In this document: piece after piece, positions 37,056 through 47,594 of the stretch
Layout of the letters: every line of letters begins with the position of its first letter
How positions within the stretch are numbered: the first letter of the stretch is position 1
Assembly (NCBI GenBank): GCA_963756875.1
Contig: CAVWPA010000003.1
Coordinates: forward strand, 448,001 to 512,000
Reading direction: 5' to 3'
DNA: 64,000 bases
DNA from: an uncultured Verrucomicrobiae bacterium
GTDB lineage: Bacteria > Verrucomicrobiota > Verrucomicrobiia > Chthoniobacterales > UBA10450
Notes under the pieces: model-generated
Told to the model about the DNA's origin: nothing
What the model saw: only the letters and a program-made list of their open reading frames with translations
Database searches by the model: none
Made by a program: the position numbers and the translations under genes

Positions 37056-38186
37056 GTGCTAAGGTCAGTTTGCCTGCTTCTCCTCGCGGTTAGCGCCAGC
37101 GCTGCGGCAAACGAGATTACGCAAAGCCGCGAAGCCGGCGCGAAATTCGTCGGCGCAATCGGCTGCCGGTCATCCGGCTGCCACGGGGGCGCCGGCGTGG
37201 AACGCAGCCAGTATATCACCTGGTCGCAACAGGATTTTCATGCGCGTGCTTACGCCATCCTGCTGGACGCCCGCTCGGCGCGGATCGCCGAGGCGATCGG
37301 CGTTACGGACGCGCAATCGAGTGCGCGCTGCACCATCTGTCATTCGCCATTTCAATGCGTCCCGCCGGAACGGCTCGAGTCAAGCGCGCATCCGGACGAA
37401 GGCGTTTCGTGTGAGAGTTGTCATGGCGCCGCCGAACGATGGTTGCGCGGCCATACCCGCACCGACTGGACGTACGCGATGCGGGTGACGGCGGGCATGC
37501 GCGATCTGCGCAGTTTGTACGTGCGCGCGAACACTTGTGTCGCCTGTCACCAAAACATCGATGAGGATCTCTTGCACGCGGGCCATCCGGCGCTGGTCTT
37601 CGAACTCGATAGTCAATCGGTCGACGAACCGAAACATTGGCGCGATGACGATCCCTGGAGTGGCGCGCACCAGTGGCTGGTTGGCCAGGCCGTCGCTCTG
37701 CGCGAGATCAGTTGGGCCCTGGCCAGGAATCCTGAGCCGCCCGGTGAAGATCGCCTGCGGTTGCAACAGGAGGCGCTGGTTTGGATCCTGAGAAAAACCG
37801 GTCTTGCGGATGATCTCGTTCAGGGCCAGGCGCAGCCGAGCGATTTTACCGAAACCCAGAAACGTGGTGATGAAATTGCGCAACGTGCGGTGAATTGGAA
37901 ACCGAATGCGGATTCGATTCTGTCGATCGTGCGCGCATTTTCAGAAAGCGATAATGAATTCGGGGCTAATAAGCAACGCGCATCGGAAACGCTTTATTAT
38001 AAGGCGCAACGTCTTGTCCTTGCCTTGGGCGACCTCACGAACGCATTGAAGGCAAACGGTGGCGCCGCGTTGAAGAGCGACCATGCGATTGGTTCGCTTC
38101 GCGAGGACGTTCGTTTACCCGAAAATTTCGACACGGGGCGTTTCGCGGAGCATTTGCGCGCATTTCGAACCGCGCTGGGAAAATAA
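37056..38186 (+). CDS. Multiheme c-type cytochrome (c554-like N-terminal domain)
   Basis: Signal peptide; CRSSGCH (CX4CH), CTICH, GVSCESCHG, CVACH; AGHP. Confidence 0.88.
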   Translation: MLRSVCLLLLAVSASAAANEITQSREAGAKFVGAIGCRSSGCHGGAGVERSQYITWSQQDFHARAYAILLDARSARIAEAIGVTDAQSSARCTICHSPFQCVPPERLESSAHPDEGVSCESCHGAAERWLRGHTRTDWTYAMRVTAGMRDLRSLYVRANTCVACHQNIDEDLLHAGHPALVFELDSQSVDEPKHWRDDDPWSGAHQWLVGQAVALREISWALARNPEPPGEDRLRLQQEALVWILRKTGLADDLVQGQAQPSDFTETQKRGDEIAQRAVNWKPNADSILSIVRAFSESDNEFGANKQRASETLYYKAQRLVLALGDLTNALKANGGAALKSDHAIGSLREDVRLPENFDTGRFAEHLRAFRTALGK

Positions 38187-38271
38187 TCCCCCGAAAACAG
38201 AACGCGTCCGGGCAAAAATCGCGATCTACCTTGAACGCGCCATCTCCCTCGCGGAAAGTGTCGATCTTCGC

Positions 38272-40272
38272 ATGGAGAGCCCGAATTCATCCGAACAGCC
38301 GGCCTGGCAGCGCAATCCAGTCTTCGAGCTTTTTGCGTCGCTCAAGCTGGCGGTCGTTCTGTTAATCGTTCTAATCGTGGCGGCAATTGCCGGCACGCTC
38401 TACGAATCGAGCTTCGACGCGAACGTGGCGCGGGCCTACGTTTACGGCGCGCCCTGGTTCAATTTCTGGCTGGTTTTGCTTGCCGTGAATCTGATTGCCT
38501 CCGCGTTGTCGCGCTGGCCGTGGCGCAAACATCACGTTGCCTTTCTCATCACTCATCTCGGCATCATTACCCTGCTCGCCGGCTCGCTGATCGGCCGAAT
38601 CTGGGGAATCGAAGGCACCATCACTCTTTTCAAAGGCGACCCGCCAACCAGTCGTCTTCTTGTAAATCAACACCAGCTTCGGGTTCAGGATATTGATGGA
38701 ATCGTGAAAGGATTTCCTGCGGAATTTTTGCATCATCCGCCAACGCCCCGGCATCCACGCGATCTGGGCGTGCTGGCCAGCGGCGCCGATTTGCAGGTTA
38801 TCGATTATGCGCCGGCAATCGACGCAAAGTTGAATCCGCGACCGCTCGAAAGCGGCGGTGCGCCGGCGCTGCATTTTACGATTAAAACCGCAATGATGGG
38901 CCAGCATTTGGAAAGCTGGCTGCTGGCGGGCGATTCGCAGCATGACAGCTTTTCCATGGGGCTCGCTGACGTCGAACTGAAACGCGGCGCCGCGCCAGAT
39001 TTGACAGATGGCAGGGACGGCTCGCCGGGCCGTCCGAGAGCGGGTGCGGATGCCAGCGCGCAGGGGAAAGCGGTCGATCTCGAAGAATCGATTTTCGCGT
39101 TTAGCAAAGCGCCCAACGAACAGATCGGTCACGTGGCGAAAGGCGGCAGTAGCGGCGCGAAAGTAAAACTAGAAGCGCCGGAAGACGGAGACAAAGGTCG
39201 CGTTATTATTTCGTTAGGCGACAAGGAAGCAGCTTTCAATGTGGGCGAGAATCTGCGCCGCGACGTCAAGATTAAGGACTCACCGTTTACGCTCAGGATC
39301 GACGATTACTGGCCCGATTTCCGGATTGAGAACGGCAAGCCGAGCTCGCTCACGGATCAGCCGAACAATCCGGCCGTGCTGGTCACGATTCGAGGTAAAG
39401 CGGTTCCCGCGGCGGCTGTTCCGAACCCGCACGGGACCGGTGCGGAATTAAATGCGAACGGAGGGCCGCCCGCAATGCCGCCGGCTGGCGGCGAAACACC
39501 GAATCGCCTGACACTGTTCATTGCCGATGATGGTGGAATGACTTACGAGCTCGTTTCTCGCAAACGGGGCCGGTCGACCGGAAAGCTGGAGATGAACGAG
39601 CCGTTGGCCACCGGATGGGCGGATTGGAAACTGAATGTCGACCGGGTAATGCCGCACGCCGAGCAATGGATGGATTTTACGCCGGTGAAATCCGGTCAGG
39701 CACCCTCTCCCGCCGCCAGCGATTTGCCGGACGGTCTGCGCGTCCGCATTCAACAGAACGGACGGACGTTCGAACAATGGGTCCCTGCCGGATGGCAGAT
39801 CACTGTGCCAACTACGCCTAACGAAACAATGATTGCCTACGGTTTTAAAACGCTGCCGTTGCCGATCGGCCTGGAGCTTCTCAAATTCGAAGTAAAGCGC
39901 AACGAAGGCAACGACAGTCCGGCTGGATTCAAGAGCACCCTGCGTATTTCAACGACGGATGGCCAGACAGTGATCGGCTCTTGCTGGATGAATCATCCAT
40001 TTAGCTTTCCGGCTGGCTGGACGCATACCTGGACCGGACTCACCTACAAAATTTCGCAAGCATCGTGGAACCCCGATAACCTGAACCAAAGCAGCATCCA
40101 GATTTTACGCGATCCGGGCTGGTTATTGAAATGGATCGGGTCGCTGCTGATTGTGATCGGCGTGTTCATGATGTTCTATCTACGGCCGTATCGAAGGCAA
40201 ACAGTAGGCGAACCGATTACGCCGTCGGGCGTAAAGGCGCAAAAAGGAAAACAAGAACCGGTAATGGCATAA
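38272..40272 (+). CDS. resB: Cytochrome c biogenesis protein ResB/CcsB
   Basis: FASLKLAV, GTLYES, FLITHLG, WMNHPF, YKISQASW, RDPGWLLKWIG; start ATG 38272. Confidence 0.85.
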   Translation: MESPNSSEQPAWQRNPVFELFASLKLAVVLLIVLIVAAIAGTLYESSFDANVARAYVYGAPWFNFWLVLLAVNLIASALSRWPWRKHHVAFLITHLGIITLLAGSLIGRIWGIEGTITLFKGDPPTSRLLVNQHQLRVQDIDGIVKGFPAEFLHHPPTPRHPRDLGVLASGADLQVIDYAPAIDAKLNPRPLESGGAPALHFTIKTAMMGQHLESWLLAGDSQHDSFSMGLADVELKRGAAPDLTDGRDGSPGRPRAGADASAQGKAVDLEESIFAFSKAPNEQIGHVAKGGSSGAKVKLEAPEDGDKGRVIISLGDKEAAFNVGENLRRDVKIKDSPFTLRIDDYWPDFRIENGKPSSLTDQPNNPAVLVTIRGKAVPAAAVPNPHGTGAELNANGGPPAMPPAGGETPNRLTLFIADDGGMTYELVSRKRGRSTGKLEMNEPLATGWADWKLNVDRVMPHAEQWMDFTPVKSGQAPSPAASDLPDGLRVRIQQNGRTFEQWVPAGWQITVPTTPNETMIAYGFKTLPLPIGLELLKFEVKRNEGNDSPAGFKSTLRISTTDGQTVIGSCWMNHPFSFPAGWTHTWTGLTYKISQASWNPDNLNQSSIQILRDPGWLLKWIGSLLIVIGVFMMFYLRPYRRQTVGEPITPSGVKAQKGKQEPVMA

Positions 40273-40316
40273 TTGCCCGGGTTGCGGAACACGTGCGCCT
40301 GCGAAATTTTTCTAAT

Positions 40317-40985
40317 ATGGGGATTTCAGTGAGATTGGTTCGAGGAATTGCGGGATCACTCGCCGCATTTTGCCTGGCGTCCTGCGCGTCGAACAATAAG
40401 CCACAGCCGTGGCTGAGCGACGCGCGGGAATCGCATCCCTGGGGCTACTACAGCGGCTTGCCCGTGACGCGCTGGAATCCGGATGGGCGTACCATGACTT
40501 TGTTGAGCGAATTGCGCTACACCGATCCGAAAGGTGTTGCGTGGACCGCTCCCGCCGGTGCCATTGTCGATGGCGCTTCGATTCCGCGTTATCTCTGGTC
40601 GCTGATGGGCGGGCCGTTTGAAGGAAGATATCGAAACGCTTCAGTGCTGCACGACGTCGCCTACGAAAAGCAGGACCGTCCATGGGGAGATTGCGATCGG
40701 ATGTTTTACAACGCCATGCGCTGCAGCGGTGTCAGCGCGGTCGAAGCGAAAACAATGTATTACACGCTCTATAAGTTCGGGCGTCACTGGAAGTTTCCGG
40801 TGAAACGCGCCAAACCGGTCAAGGTCAGTGGACAGATTGTGGCCAAAGCGGAAGAAATTCAGCGCGCCATTCCTGTTGATCCCAATCAAATCAACCAGGC
40901 GCGCGATTGGATTTCCAACTCTAATCCCAGCCTGGAGCAGATTGAAGCGCGAGCCGGTGCTGAAGAAGCGGCCACGCCCCAATGA
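40317..40985 (+). CDS. DUF1353-domain lipoprotein
   Basis: Lipobox LASC; APAGAIVDGASIP, ASVLHD, CDRMFYNAM. Confidence 0.82.
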   Translation: MGISVRLVRGIAGSLAAFCLASCASNNKPQPWLSDARESHPWGYYSGLPVTRWNPDGRTMTLLSELRYTDPKGVAWTAPAGAIVDGASIPRYLWSLMGGPFEGRYRNASVLHDVAYEKQDRPWGDCDRMFYNAMRCSGVSAVEAKTMYYTLYKFGRHWKFPVKRAKPVKVSGQIVAKAEEIQRAIPVDPNQINQARDWISNSNPSLEQIEARAGAEEAATPQ

Positions 40986-40992
40986 CGATTGG

Positions 40993-42681
40993 TTATTCGG
41001 AGGTGGTCGTTTTCTTTCCCGGGCCCCACAAAGCGCGGCCCGGTTTTGCGCCGGTGTGCTCGCCATCCTTGATGACTTGCACGCCGTTCACAAAAACCTG
41101 CCTGATTCCCACGGCGTACTGCTGCGGCTTGTCGTAAGTCGCTCGATCGGCAACTGTCGCCGGATCGAACACGACTACGTCGGCAAACATGTCCGGCTTG
41201 ATGAAGCCGCGATGGTCGAGACCAAGGTTCGTTGCCGGGAATCCGCTTAATCGGCGCACCGCTTCCTTGAGAGGAATCACTTTTTCATCGCGCACATATT
41301 TTCCGAGCACCCGCACAAAGCATCCGTAGGCGCGCGGGTGCGGATTCGATTTAAGGAAGACGCCTTCCGGCGCCTGCGAGGCTTCGTCGGAGCCAAAGGA
41401 AATCCACGGCCTGGCCATTTTCTTTTTCACGTTTTCTTCCGACATGATGAAATAAACGGTGTCGATGCGGGATTCATCCTCGGAGATCAGGTCCATGATG
41501 GTTTCGACCGGATCCTTGTGGCGCATCCCTGCCACCTCGGCCAGCGTTTTGCCGGTCAACGGCTTCAGTTTCTCGGACTTGAATCCGACAAGAAGGATCC
41601 GCTCAGGGGAGCCCGCGGCGAGATAAAGATTTTCCCATTCGTTCGTCGGCATCTTTACCTGGGCCGCGATCTTTTCCCGAGTCGGCGCCTCGCGCAAACG
41701 CTTGAACAGGGCTGGGTAACCGCCGTCTTCAGTCCAGGGCGGCAGACATGCATCGAGGCCGGTTTCCGCTGCCGTGTATGTGTACATGTCTGCGGTGATT
41801 TTCAGGCCTTCCTTTTGCGCCGCTTCGACGCGCGCGAACAGTTTGTCGAGCTTCGGCCAGTTTTGTTCGCCGGCTGCTTTGACATGATAAATTTCAGCCG
41901 GAATGCCCGCTTCACGACTGATCCGAATCAGTTCGTCCAGCGCTTCGAGTAAACCGTTCCCTTCGCTGCGCATGTGCGAGATATATTTCCCGTGGTACTG
42001 GGCCGCTACCTTGCAGAGCGCGATCAGTTCGTCGGTCTTGGCGTAAAACGCCGGCGGATAAATCAACGACGTCCCGATGCCGAGCGCGCCGGCTTCCATT
42101 TCTTTGCGCACCAATTCGCGCATTTCATCGAGCTGCTGCGGCGTCGGCGCCTTGTCTTCGAAGCCGATGATGTACTCACGAATGGTGGTAGCGCCGATAA
42201 AAGAGGCGACATTACAGGAAATGCCGCGAGCCTGGAGATAGAGCAGATATCCGGCGAGCGTTTTCCACGTGACGTCGTAGTGGATGTCTTTTTGTTCGCG
42301 CAACATGTGTTCGCGCACGCGATCGTTGACCGGGCCCATCGACTCGCCCTCGCCCATGATCTCGGTCGTTACGCCCTGGCGAATCTCGCTTTGCGACCGG
42401 CCATCTTGAATGAGCGATTCGTTCGACCATGAAAGCATGTTGATGAATCCCGGCGAGACCGCGAGGCCGCCGGCATCGACAATCAGTTTCGCTTTTGCTG
42501 TTTTGAAATCGCCGACGCCGACGATGCGATCGCCCCGGATGGCCACATCGGCTCGCTTCGGCTCGCCGCCGGTTCCATCGTAAACCGTACCGTTCTTTAT
42601 AATGACGTCGAAATCCTGCGCGGCGGCCGACATTGCAAAAGAAGTGAGTGCAAAAAACCAGGCGGACAAATACCGGAACAT
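40993..42681 (-). CDS. N-acyl-D-amino-acid deacylase (amidohydrolase)
   Basis: IKNGTVYDGTG, SPGFINM, QGVTTE, SHMRSE, HPRAYG, ADVVVFDP. Confidence 0.9.
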   Translation of the reverse strand: MFRYLSAWFFALTSFAMSAAAQDFDVIIKNGTVYDGTGGEPKRADVAIRGDRIVGVGDFKTAKAKLIVDAGGLAVSPGFINMLSWSNESLIQDGRSQSEIRQGVTTEIMGEGESMGPVNDRVREHMLREQKDIHYDVTWKTLAGYLLYLQARGISCNVASFIGATTIREYIIGFEDKAPTPQQLDEMRELVRKEMEAGALGIGTSLIYPPAFYAKTDELIALCKVAAQYHGKYISHMRSEGNGLLEALDELIRISREAGIPAEIYHVKAAGEQNWPKLDKLFARVEAAQKEGLKITADMYTYTAAETGLDACLPPWTEDGGYPALFKRLREAPTREKIAAQVKMPTNEWENLYLAAGSPERILLVGFKSEKLKPLTGKTLAEVAGMRHKDPVETIMDLISEDESRIDTVYFIMSEENVKKKMARPWISFGSDEASQAPEGVFLKSNPHPRAYGCFVRVLGKYVRDEKVIPLKEAVRRLSGFPATNLGLDHRGFIKPDMFADVVVFDPATVADRATYDKPQQYAVGIRQVFVNGVQVIKDGEHTGAKPGRALWGPGKKTTTSE

Positions 42682-42737
42682 CCTTCAAGTTTGACCAGCC
42701 GAGGGGGCGAGGTCGAGCGTTCTGTCTCCGGCGATCG

Positions 42738-43328
42738 CTAACTCGCTCTCTCCGGCGCTCTCGCCTGGCTACCCTCTTCGAGCGCGATTTTCAGCACCTC
42801 GTCCACGTTCTCGACCGGCACGAACTTCAATTTTTGGTTCGCTTCTTCCGGAACATCGGGCAGATCTTTCTCGTTTAGCTTGGGGATAATCACCGTCGTA
42901 ATGCCGGCGCGCATCGCGGCGAGACTTTTTTCCTTCAACCCGCCGATGGGCAAAACAAGTCCGCGCAAAGTGATTTCTCCGGTCATGGCAACGTCGGAGC
43001 GCACCGGCGTGTTGCTGAAGAGCGAAGCGAGCGCGGTAAACATCGCGATGCCCGCCGACGGTCCATCTTTCGGGACCGCACCGGCCGGCACGAATGGATG
43101 CGATGCGTTGCCGACAACGTCGCCTTCGCTGCTGCCGATCTGCTGATCGTTCGAGGGATCAGGATTATTATTAGCGTAGGTAATAACCGTCCAGCTGGTC
43201 GTCGGGGCGGTTACATCAACCGTTGAGGCCGCCGCCATCCGCACAATAATGAGAGCAATCGCAATCGAACCAAAGATCGACAAAGCAGTTCGTCGATGAC
43301 GCGTTGATCTCGCTGTTAACGGAAGCAT
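42738..43328 (-). pseudogene. In-frame chimera: secreted-protein N-terminus fused to the last ~117 aa of Lon protease
   Basis: Signal peptide plus [11 protein letters not shown]...DVVGNASHP, then [35 protein letters not shown]; no AAA+ domain; junction ~43092-43097. Confidence 0.75.
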
Positions 43329-43339
43329 CCGTGGTCTTT

Positions 43340-43355
43340 AGCAACAACGGTGCCG
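43340..43355 (-). promoter_or_regulatory. Putative sigma-54 -24/-12 promoter
   Basis: CGGCACCGTTGTTGCT just upstream of ATG 43328. Confidence 0.7.
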
Positions 43356-43400
43356 CATGCGGATTTCGCGTAGTTCGCGGAAAAGCAATGCGCTTGCGCT

Positions 43401-44870
43401 TCAGTCGATTCTTGAAGAATTCGGCTCGAGCCGGTAGAGCTCGACGAAAGCGAGCTTCGGGCTGATCAGGATCGAACGCGCGAAGGTCTTGACCGGAACG
43501 ATCCGCCAAGCGGATCCGACGTCGAGGTTAGGATCGTCCGTATAAACAACTTTCGCCGAAGCGAGGACCGTCGCGGGCACTTCGTTAACGGAAGCCGCAT
43601 CAAAATGCATACGAAAGTCAGGTGCGTACCATTGTGCATGGCGACCGCAGCTTCGCAGAATGAGCAAGACATCATGGCGCCGCTCAGGCGGGTAAAGGTC
43701 GTTCAAATAGCGCACGAGCGCGACAGGCGGCGCCGCTTCTGCATGATTTGCCTTCACGAGCGGCAACGAGATTGCCAGAAGCAAGAGCGGCCACAAAAGC
43801 GCGAGTAATTTCCACGCGCCGGGCAGCCGGAAAAATCCGAGCGTAAGCGCAATCAACAAGATCGGGAAAACGGGGAGGTAATAACGTTGCTCCCACGGCA
43901 GACAGCAGAAAACGATCAAGAGGTAGAGCGCGAGCCAGCCGAACTGGCTTTTCCAAAATGAGATGTCGATCTTACCGCGCCGGACGAGATAGATCGCGAA
44001 ACCGGCGAAAGTCAGAATGAGGCCGGCGACGAGGGCCGGCATTGATTCGGAAAGACCCAGGCCGATGCGAAACCAACCGAGAATGTGCCAATTGAATCGA
44101 TCGAGCAACGCCGCCGGACTCATGTCGGCGCCGATGAACGCGAAAGGCTTATCGAGACGCCAACGCCACTGTTGATAAACGAGACTCGGATAAACTCGCC
44201 ACCAGGAAAATTCGGGTTTCAGTTTCCATTGCAGATGCCACATGGGGAGCAACCATATGAGGCAACTTCCAATGAAGACCGATACGTTGCCGAGCCACGT
44301 CCTGGCCGACGCGCGCCGTTGCCACAAAGACATGAGCAGAATCACGAGCGTCACCGGAAAGAGTTGGGGGCGGACGCCGGTCGCAGCCGCGCCGAGCAGC
44401 GCGTTGAAAATCCAATCGCGCTTCCGTCCCGTTTGCCGATGGAGCAACGCGAAAAACAATTGCGCGCTAAGCAGACCGATGGCCGGGGCGTCGGTTAACA
44501 CCTTTGTCGCCGTCATCCAAACAATCGGCGTGACCGCGAGCGTAGCGGCAACCAACCAACTAAATGCTTCTTCGAAATGCGCTCGCACAATCCAAAACCA
44601 AGCCGTTACGAAAAGCGCGCCGCCCAAACAGCTGGCGAGATGTAACGAAAATTCCGGGCCCCAGCCAAAAAGCGAGTGGCCCAGCCACCCGAAGAAAATG
44701 TAGAGCGGATAGCCAGGTGGATGCGGGCGGCGACGCCAGAGATCGAAATCCTGCGTGCCCATCGCGAATTGCACGGAATCAGCGTCATCCAGGCCGGGCG
44801 TGCGCGTTAAAAAATAAAGCAGGAAAACGGAAAGAAACAGGAACGCGGCCTTTTTTTGATTCGTGTTCAT
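43401..44870 (-). CDS. GT-C fold membrane glycosyltransferase (DUF2723/PMT-like)
   Basis: DDADSVQF, PHPPGYPLY, about 10 TM helices, RYYLP. Confidence 0.75.
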   Translation of the reverse strand: MNTNQKKAAFLFLSVFLLYFLTRTPGLDDADSVQFAMGTQDFDLWRRRPHPPGYPLYIFFGWLGHSLFGWGPEFSLHLASCLGGALFVTAWFWIVRAHFEEAFSWLVAATLAVTPIVWMTATKVLTDAPAIGLLSAQLFFALLHRQTGRKRDWIFNALLGAAATGVRPQLFPVTLVILLMSLWQRRASARTWLGNVSVFIGSCLIWLLPMWHLQWKLKPEFSWWRVYPSLVYQQWRWRLDKPFAFIGADMSPAALLDRFNWHILGWFRIGLGLSESMPALVAGLILTFAGFAIYLVRRGKIDISFWKSQFGWLALYLLIVFCCLPWEQRYYLPVFPILLIALTLGFFRLPGAWKLLALLWPLLLLAISLPLVKANHAEAAPPVALVRYLNDLYPPERRHDVLLILRSCGRHAQWYAPDFRMHFDAASVNEVPATVLASAKVVYTDDPNLDVGSAWRIVPVKTFARSILISPKLAFVELYRLEPNSSRID

Positions 44871-44885
44871 CCGCCTTCGGCGCGG

Positions 44886-45953
44886 CTACTTTTGCGTTTC
44901 CTTGAGCAAGATCGACAACTCATCTTTCCACAAAGCGGCAATGGTGTGGCTGCCGTGACCGCGTGTCTTATCACTGAGCGGTATGACAATGGCGCGGCCG
45001 TGGGGAACACGTTTGATCTCGCGCTCGAGAATGCCAAGCTCAGGCGGATTAATCAGGTCGTCGGCCGAATTGATCGCCAGTAGCGTCGCGCGGATTTTTT
45101 CCAGGTTCGGACCGGGATCGTAATCGCGCGACGCATCCACGGCATAGAGAACGTCGTTCGCGTCGTCGGCCTTCATTATCCTGGCGACGAATTCGTCGAG
45201 AACTTCATCCGTCTTTGCCAGAGTCGGCGCTTCTTTTTGGCGCAGGACCGGGTTGCTGCTCATGAACCATAGCATTTCGGCGGCGGTGCGAAGACTGGGC
45301 GGCTCTGTTTTATAATCGCCGCCATCCCAGGCCGGGTCGTTTCGAATGGCGTCGATGACGATGCGACGCCAGACCCGGTTGCGTCCGGAGATTTGGGTGG
45401 GCAGGCACGCCAGCGGCATCAGGGCATCCATGAAACCGGGATGCATCTCTCCCCACAACCAGGTGTGCATCCCGCCCATCGACGTCCCCATGATCAATCG
45501 GGCGTGATTGACGCCGAGGCCATCGGTAAGCAGGCGATATTGTGCTTCGACCATGTCCCGGTAGCCGTAGTGGGGGAATTTTGCGTGCAGGCCATCGCTC
45601 GGCTTGCTGGATTTCCCGTGGCCGATCCCATCCGGCAGCACAATGTAAAACCTGGCCGCATCCAGCGGCTGACTTTTGCCAAAAAGTTCGCCCGCAAATT
45701 CCGGCCGGATGAATTGCGCACCACTGCCGGTTGTCCCGTGCATGATGAGCACGGCATTGCGCGTCTGGCCTTGTGCGTCTTTTTCCGGTTTGCCGAGCGT
45801 CCGGTAATGAATGCGCAACTCCGGCAACGTTTCGCCGGACGCGAACTTGAAATTGTGGATGGTGAAATCGCCTTCGGCCGGCGCCGGATAATCCGCCGCC
45901 CAGACCGGGCTTACTGCAAGGGAGAGGAATGCGGCAACGAAAGCTCCGCGCAT
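44886..45953 (-). CDS. Secreted alpha/beta hydrolase (homoserine O-acetyltransferase-like fold)
   Basis: Signal peptide; HGTTGSG, PDGIGHG, GTSMGG, NSADD, GHGSH. Confidence 0.88.
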   Translation of the reverse strand: MRGAFVAAFLSLAVSPVWAADYPAPAEGDFTIHNFKFASGETLPELRIHYRTLGKPEKDAQGQTRNAVLIMHGTTGSGAQFIRPEFAGELFGKSQPLDAARFYIVLPDGIGHGKSSKPSDGLHAKFPHYGYRDMVEAQYRLLTDGLGVNHARLIMGTSMGGMHTWLWGEMHPGFMDALMPLACLPTQISGRNRVWRRIVIDAIRNDPAWDGGDYKTEPPSLRTAAEMLWFMSSNPVLRQKEAPTLAKTDEVLDEFVARIMKADDANDVLYAVDASRDYDPGPNLEKIRATLLAINSADDLINPPELGILEREIKRVPHGRAIVIPLSDKTRGHGSHTIAALWKDELSILLKETQK

Positions 45954-46005
45954 GATTCGTTGCTTAGCACTAGTCTGCCGGCGCTGCCAGCAGGCTTAAA
46001 AAAAT

Positions 46006-46227
46006 TTATCTCGCCAGGACGACGTCCTTTTTGGTCCAGGTATGGACCTGGCGGCAATGGGGGCAGGCGAACTTCGAAGTCTTTATTTTGGCCGCAGCCC
46101 AAAGTTTTTCTTCAATGGTTTGACCCGTCGGCGTCAGTTTCGCTGTCGAAGGACAGCGGACGAGAAGCCGTTTAATGATCGGGCCGGTTTTTACTTTTCG
46201 CGGAGTTGCTGTTTCAAAAAATTTCAT
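46006..46227 (-). CDS. Small Cys-containing hypothetical protein (zinc-ribbon-like)
   Basis: LLVRCPST...CPHCRQVHTW; start uncertain. Confidence 0.55.
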   Translation of the reverse strand: MKFFETATPRKVKTGPIIKRLLVRCPSTAKLTPTGQTIEEKLWAAAKIKTSKFACPHCRQVHTWTKKDVVLAR

Positions 46228-46236
46228 GTTATTTCG

Positions 46237-46455
46237 TCAGAGCCGGTAAACAATGCGTGCTTTGTCGACGTCGTAAGGCGACATCTCCATTTTGACGCGG
46301 TCACCAATAGTAAGCCGGATAAAGCGTTTGCGCATCTTTCCGGAAATATGGGCGAGAACGAGGTGATCGTTGGCAAGCGCGACGCGAAACATGGTGCCGG
46401 GAAGCACAGACATGATCGTTCCTTCCAACTGGATGGCTTTTTCAGAATTCATCAT
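46237..46455 (-). CDS. infA: Translation initiation factor IF-1
   Basis: [39 protein letters not shown]. Confidence 0.97.
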   Translation of the reverse strand: MMNSEKAIQLEGTIMSVLPGTMFRVALANDHLVLAHISGKMRKRFIRLTIGDRVKMEMSPYDVDKARIVYRL

Positions 46456-46568
46456 GGTGTCAGTCTGGTCGCGGAAGAGATCAGTGGAGGGGTTTGAGTT
46501 CGAGGGTCCGGGACTGTAAGCCGGCCCCGAAAATCTTCGAGGCCGGCCATTACAATCGACTCCCTGAG

Positions 46569-46868
46569 TTACCGGCGATTATTGCCGGCAAACGACCGGT
46601 TCGCGCCGAAAGGACGCGGCCGCTCGTCACGGGGACGCGCCTCGTTCACGTTCAGCGTTCGGCCGTTGAATTCCTTGCCGTTGAGGGCCGTCATCGCGGC
46701 GCTGGCCTGGGCACCGTCGTTCATGGTGACGAAAGCGAACCCGCGCGATTTGCCGGTCATTCGATCCATCATCAGCGCGACTTCGCCGACCTGGCCGTGT
46801 TGTTCGAAAAGATCCTGAAGATCGTTCTCGGTGGTCTCAAAGGAGAGATTTCCTACGTATAGTTTCAT
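46569..46868 (-). CDS. RRM RNA-binding protein
   Basis: RNP2 LYVGNL, RNP1 [16 protein letters not shown]. Confidence 0.96.
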   Translation of the reverse strand: MKLYVGNLSFETTENDLQDLFEQHGQVGEVALMMDRMTGKSRGFAFVTMNDGAQASAAMTALNGKEFNGRTLNVNEARPRDERPRPFGANRSFAGNNRR

Positions 46869-47049
46869 TGTGACTTGATTTGGAAAATAAACTGCCAGCT
46901 ACAGAGCCGTTCCCGGGAATCGGGTTTCAAATCACCACCGAGGAAATCTCAGCGGACGATCCACCATGCTTGAACAAAACAGAACTAATCCAATAAGCGG
47001 CTATTCTCGTCGTGTTTCCGGTAAACACAACCGATCATTCTAACTATAT

Positions 47050-47502
47050 TTACCAGGTGACCGTCGCGTTGCCGGCGGCATCGAGCGTGGCGCTGTTCCC
47101 GATCAGGCGGACAAAGAAAAAGTTCGCTTCCGGATCGCGCTCAACGCGGCCGTAGAGAATCGTTTCCGGGCCCGTCGATTCAATTGGGATCGATTTGAAG
47201 GTTTTCAGATCCCTTTTCGCGATCATTACCCGGACATCGGCAAACTTCCCTCTTTTTCCCGGCACCGGCTGCCAGAGCGAGCTTTCGTACCAGTTCGGCT
47301 TCAGGTGATGGATGTTTTTGCCACGGAAGTTAAACTTCACGGCCACGAGCTGCCGAATGTGGGCGGCCATGCTCTGGCTCAAGGTCTGCACATCGTAGGT
47401 CTGCACGCCGTGCCATGTTTTCGCATCGTAGCGCACCTGGCCTAACAAGCCGGCCACGCCTGCGAGGGAGAAAATTACCGCAAAAAGGAAGAGCTTTTTC
47501 AT
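47050..47502 (-). CDS. Secreted hypothetical protein
   Basis: Start MKKLFLFAV with signal peptide; beta-rich. Confidence 0.65.
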   Translation of the reverse strand: MKKLFLFAVIFSLAGVAGLLGQVRYDAKTWHGVQTYDVQTLSQSMAAHIRQLVAVKFNFRGKNIHHLKPNWYESSLWQPVPGKRGKFADVRVMIAKRDLKTFKSIPIESTGPETILYGRVERDPEANFFFVRLIGNSATLDAAGNATVTW

Positions 47503-47594
47503 AGCAAACAGCAGAATGAACCCAATCGGGGCCAATTGAAAGAGGGGAAGCTTATTAGAGATGGCTTCCAGAGAGCCCTTGACCGAATGCGGTC

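Noticed and set aside
44886..45953. metX (homoserine O-acetyltransferase)
   Set aside because: Same fold, but it has a signal peptide and lacks the HALTG-type motif, so no gene symbol was assigned.
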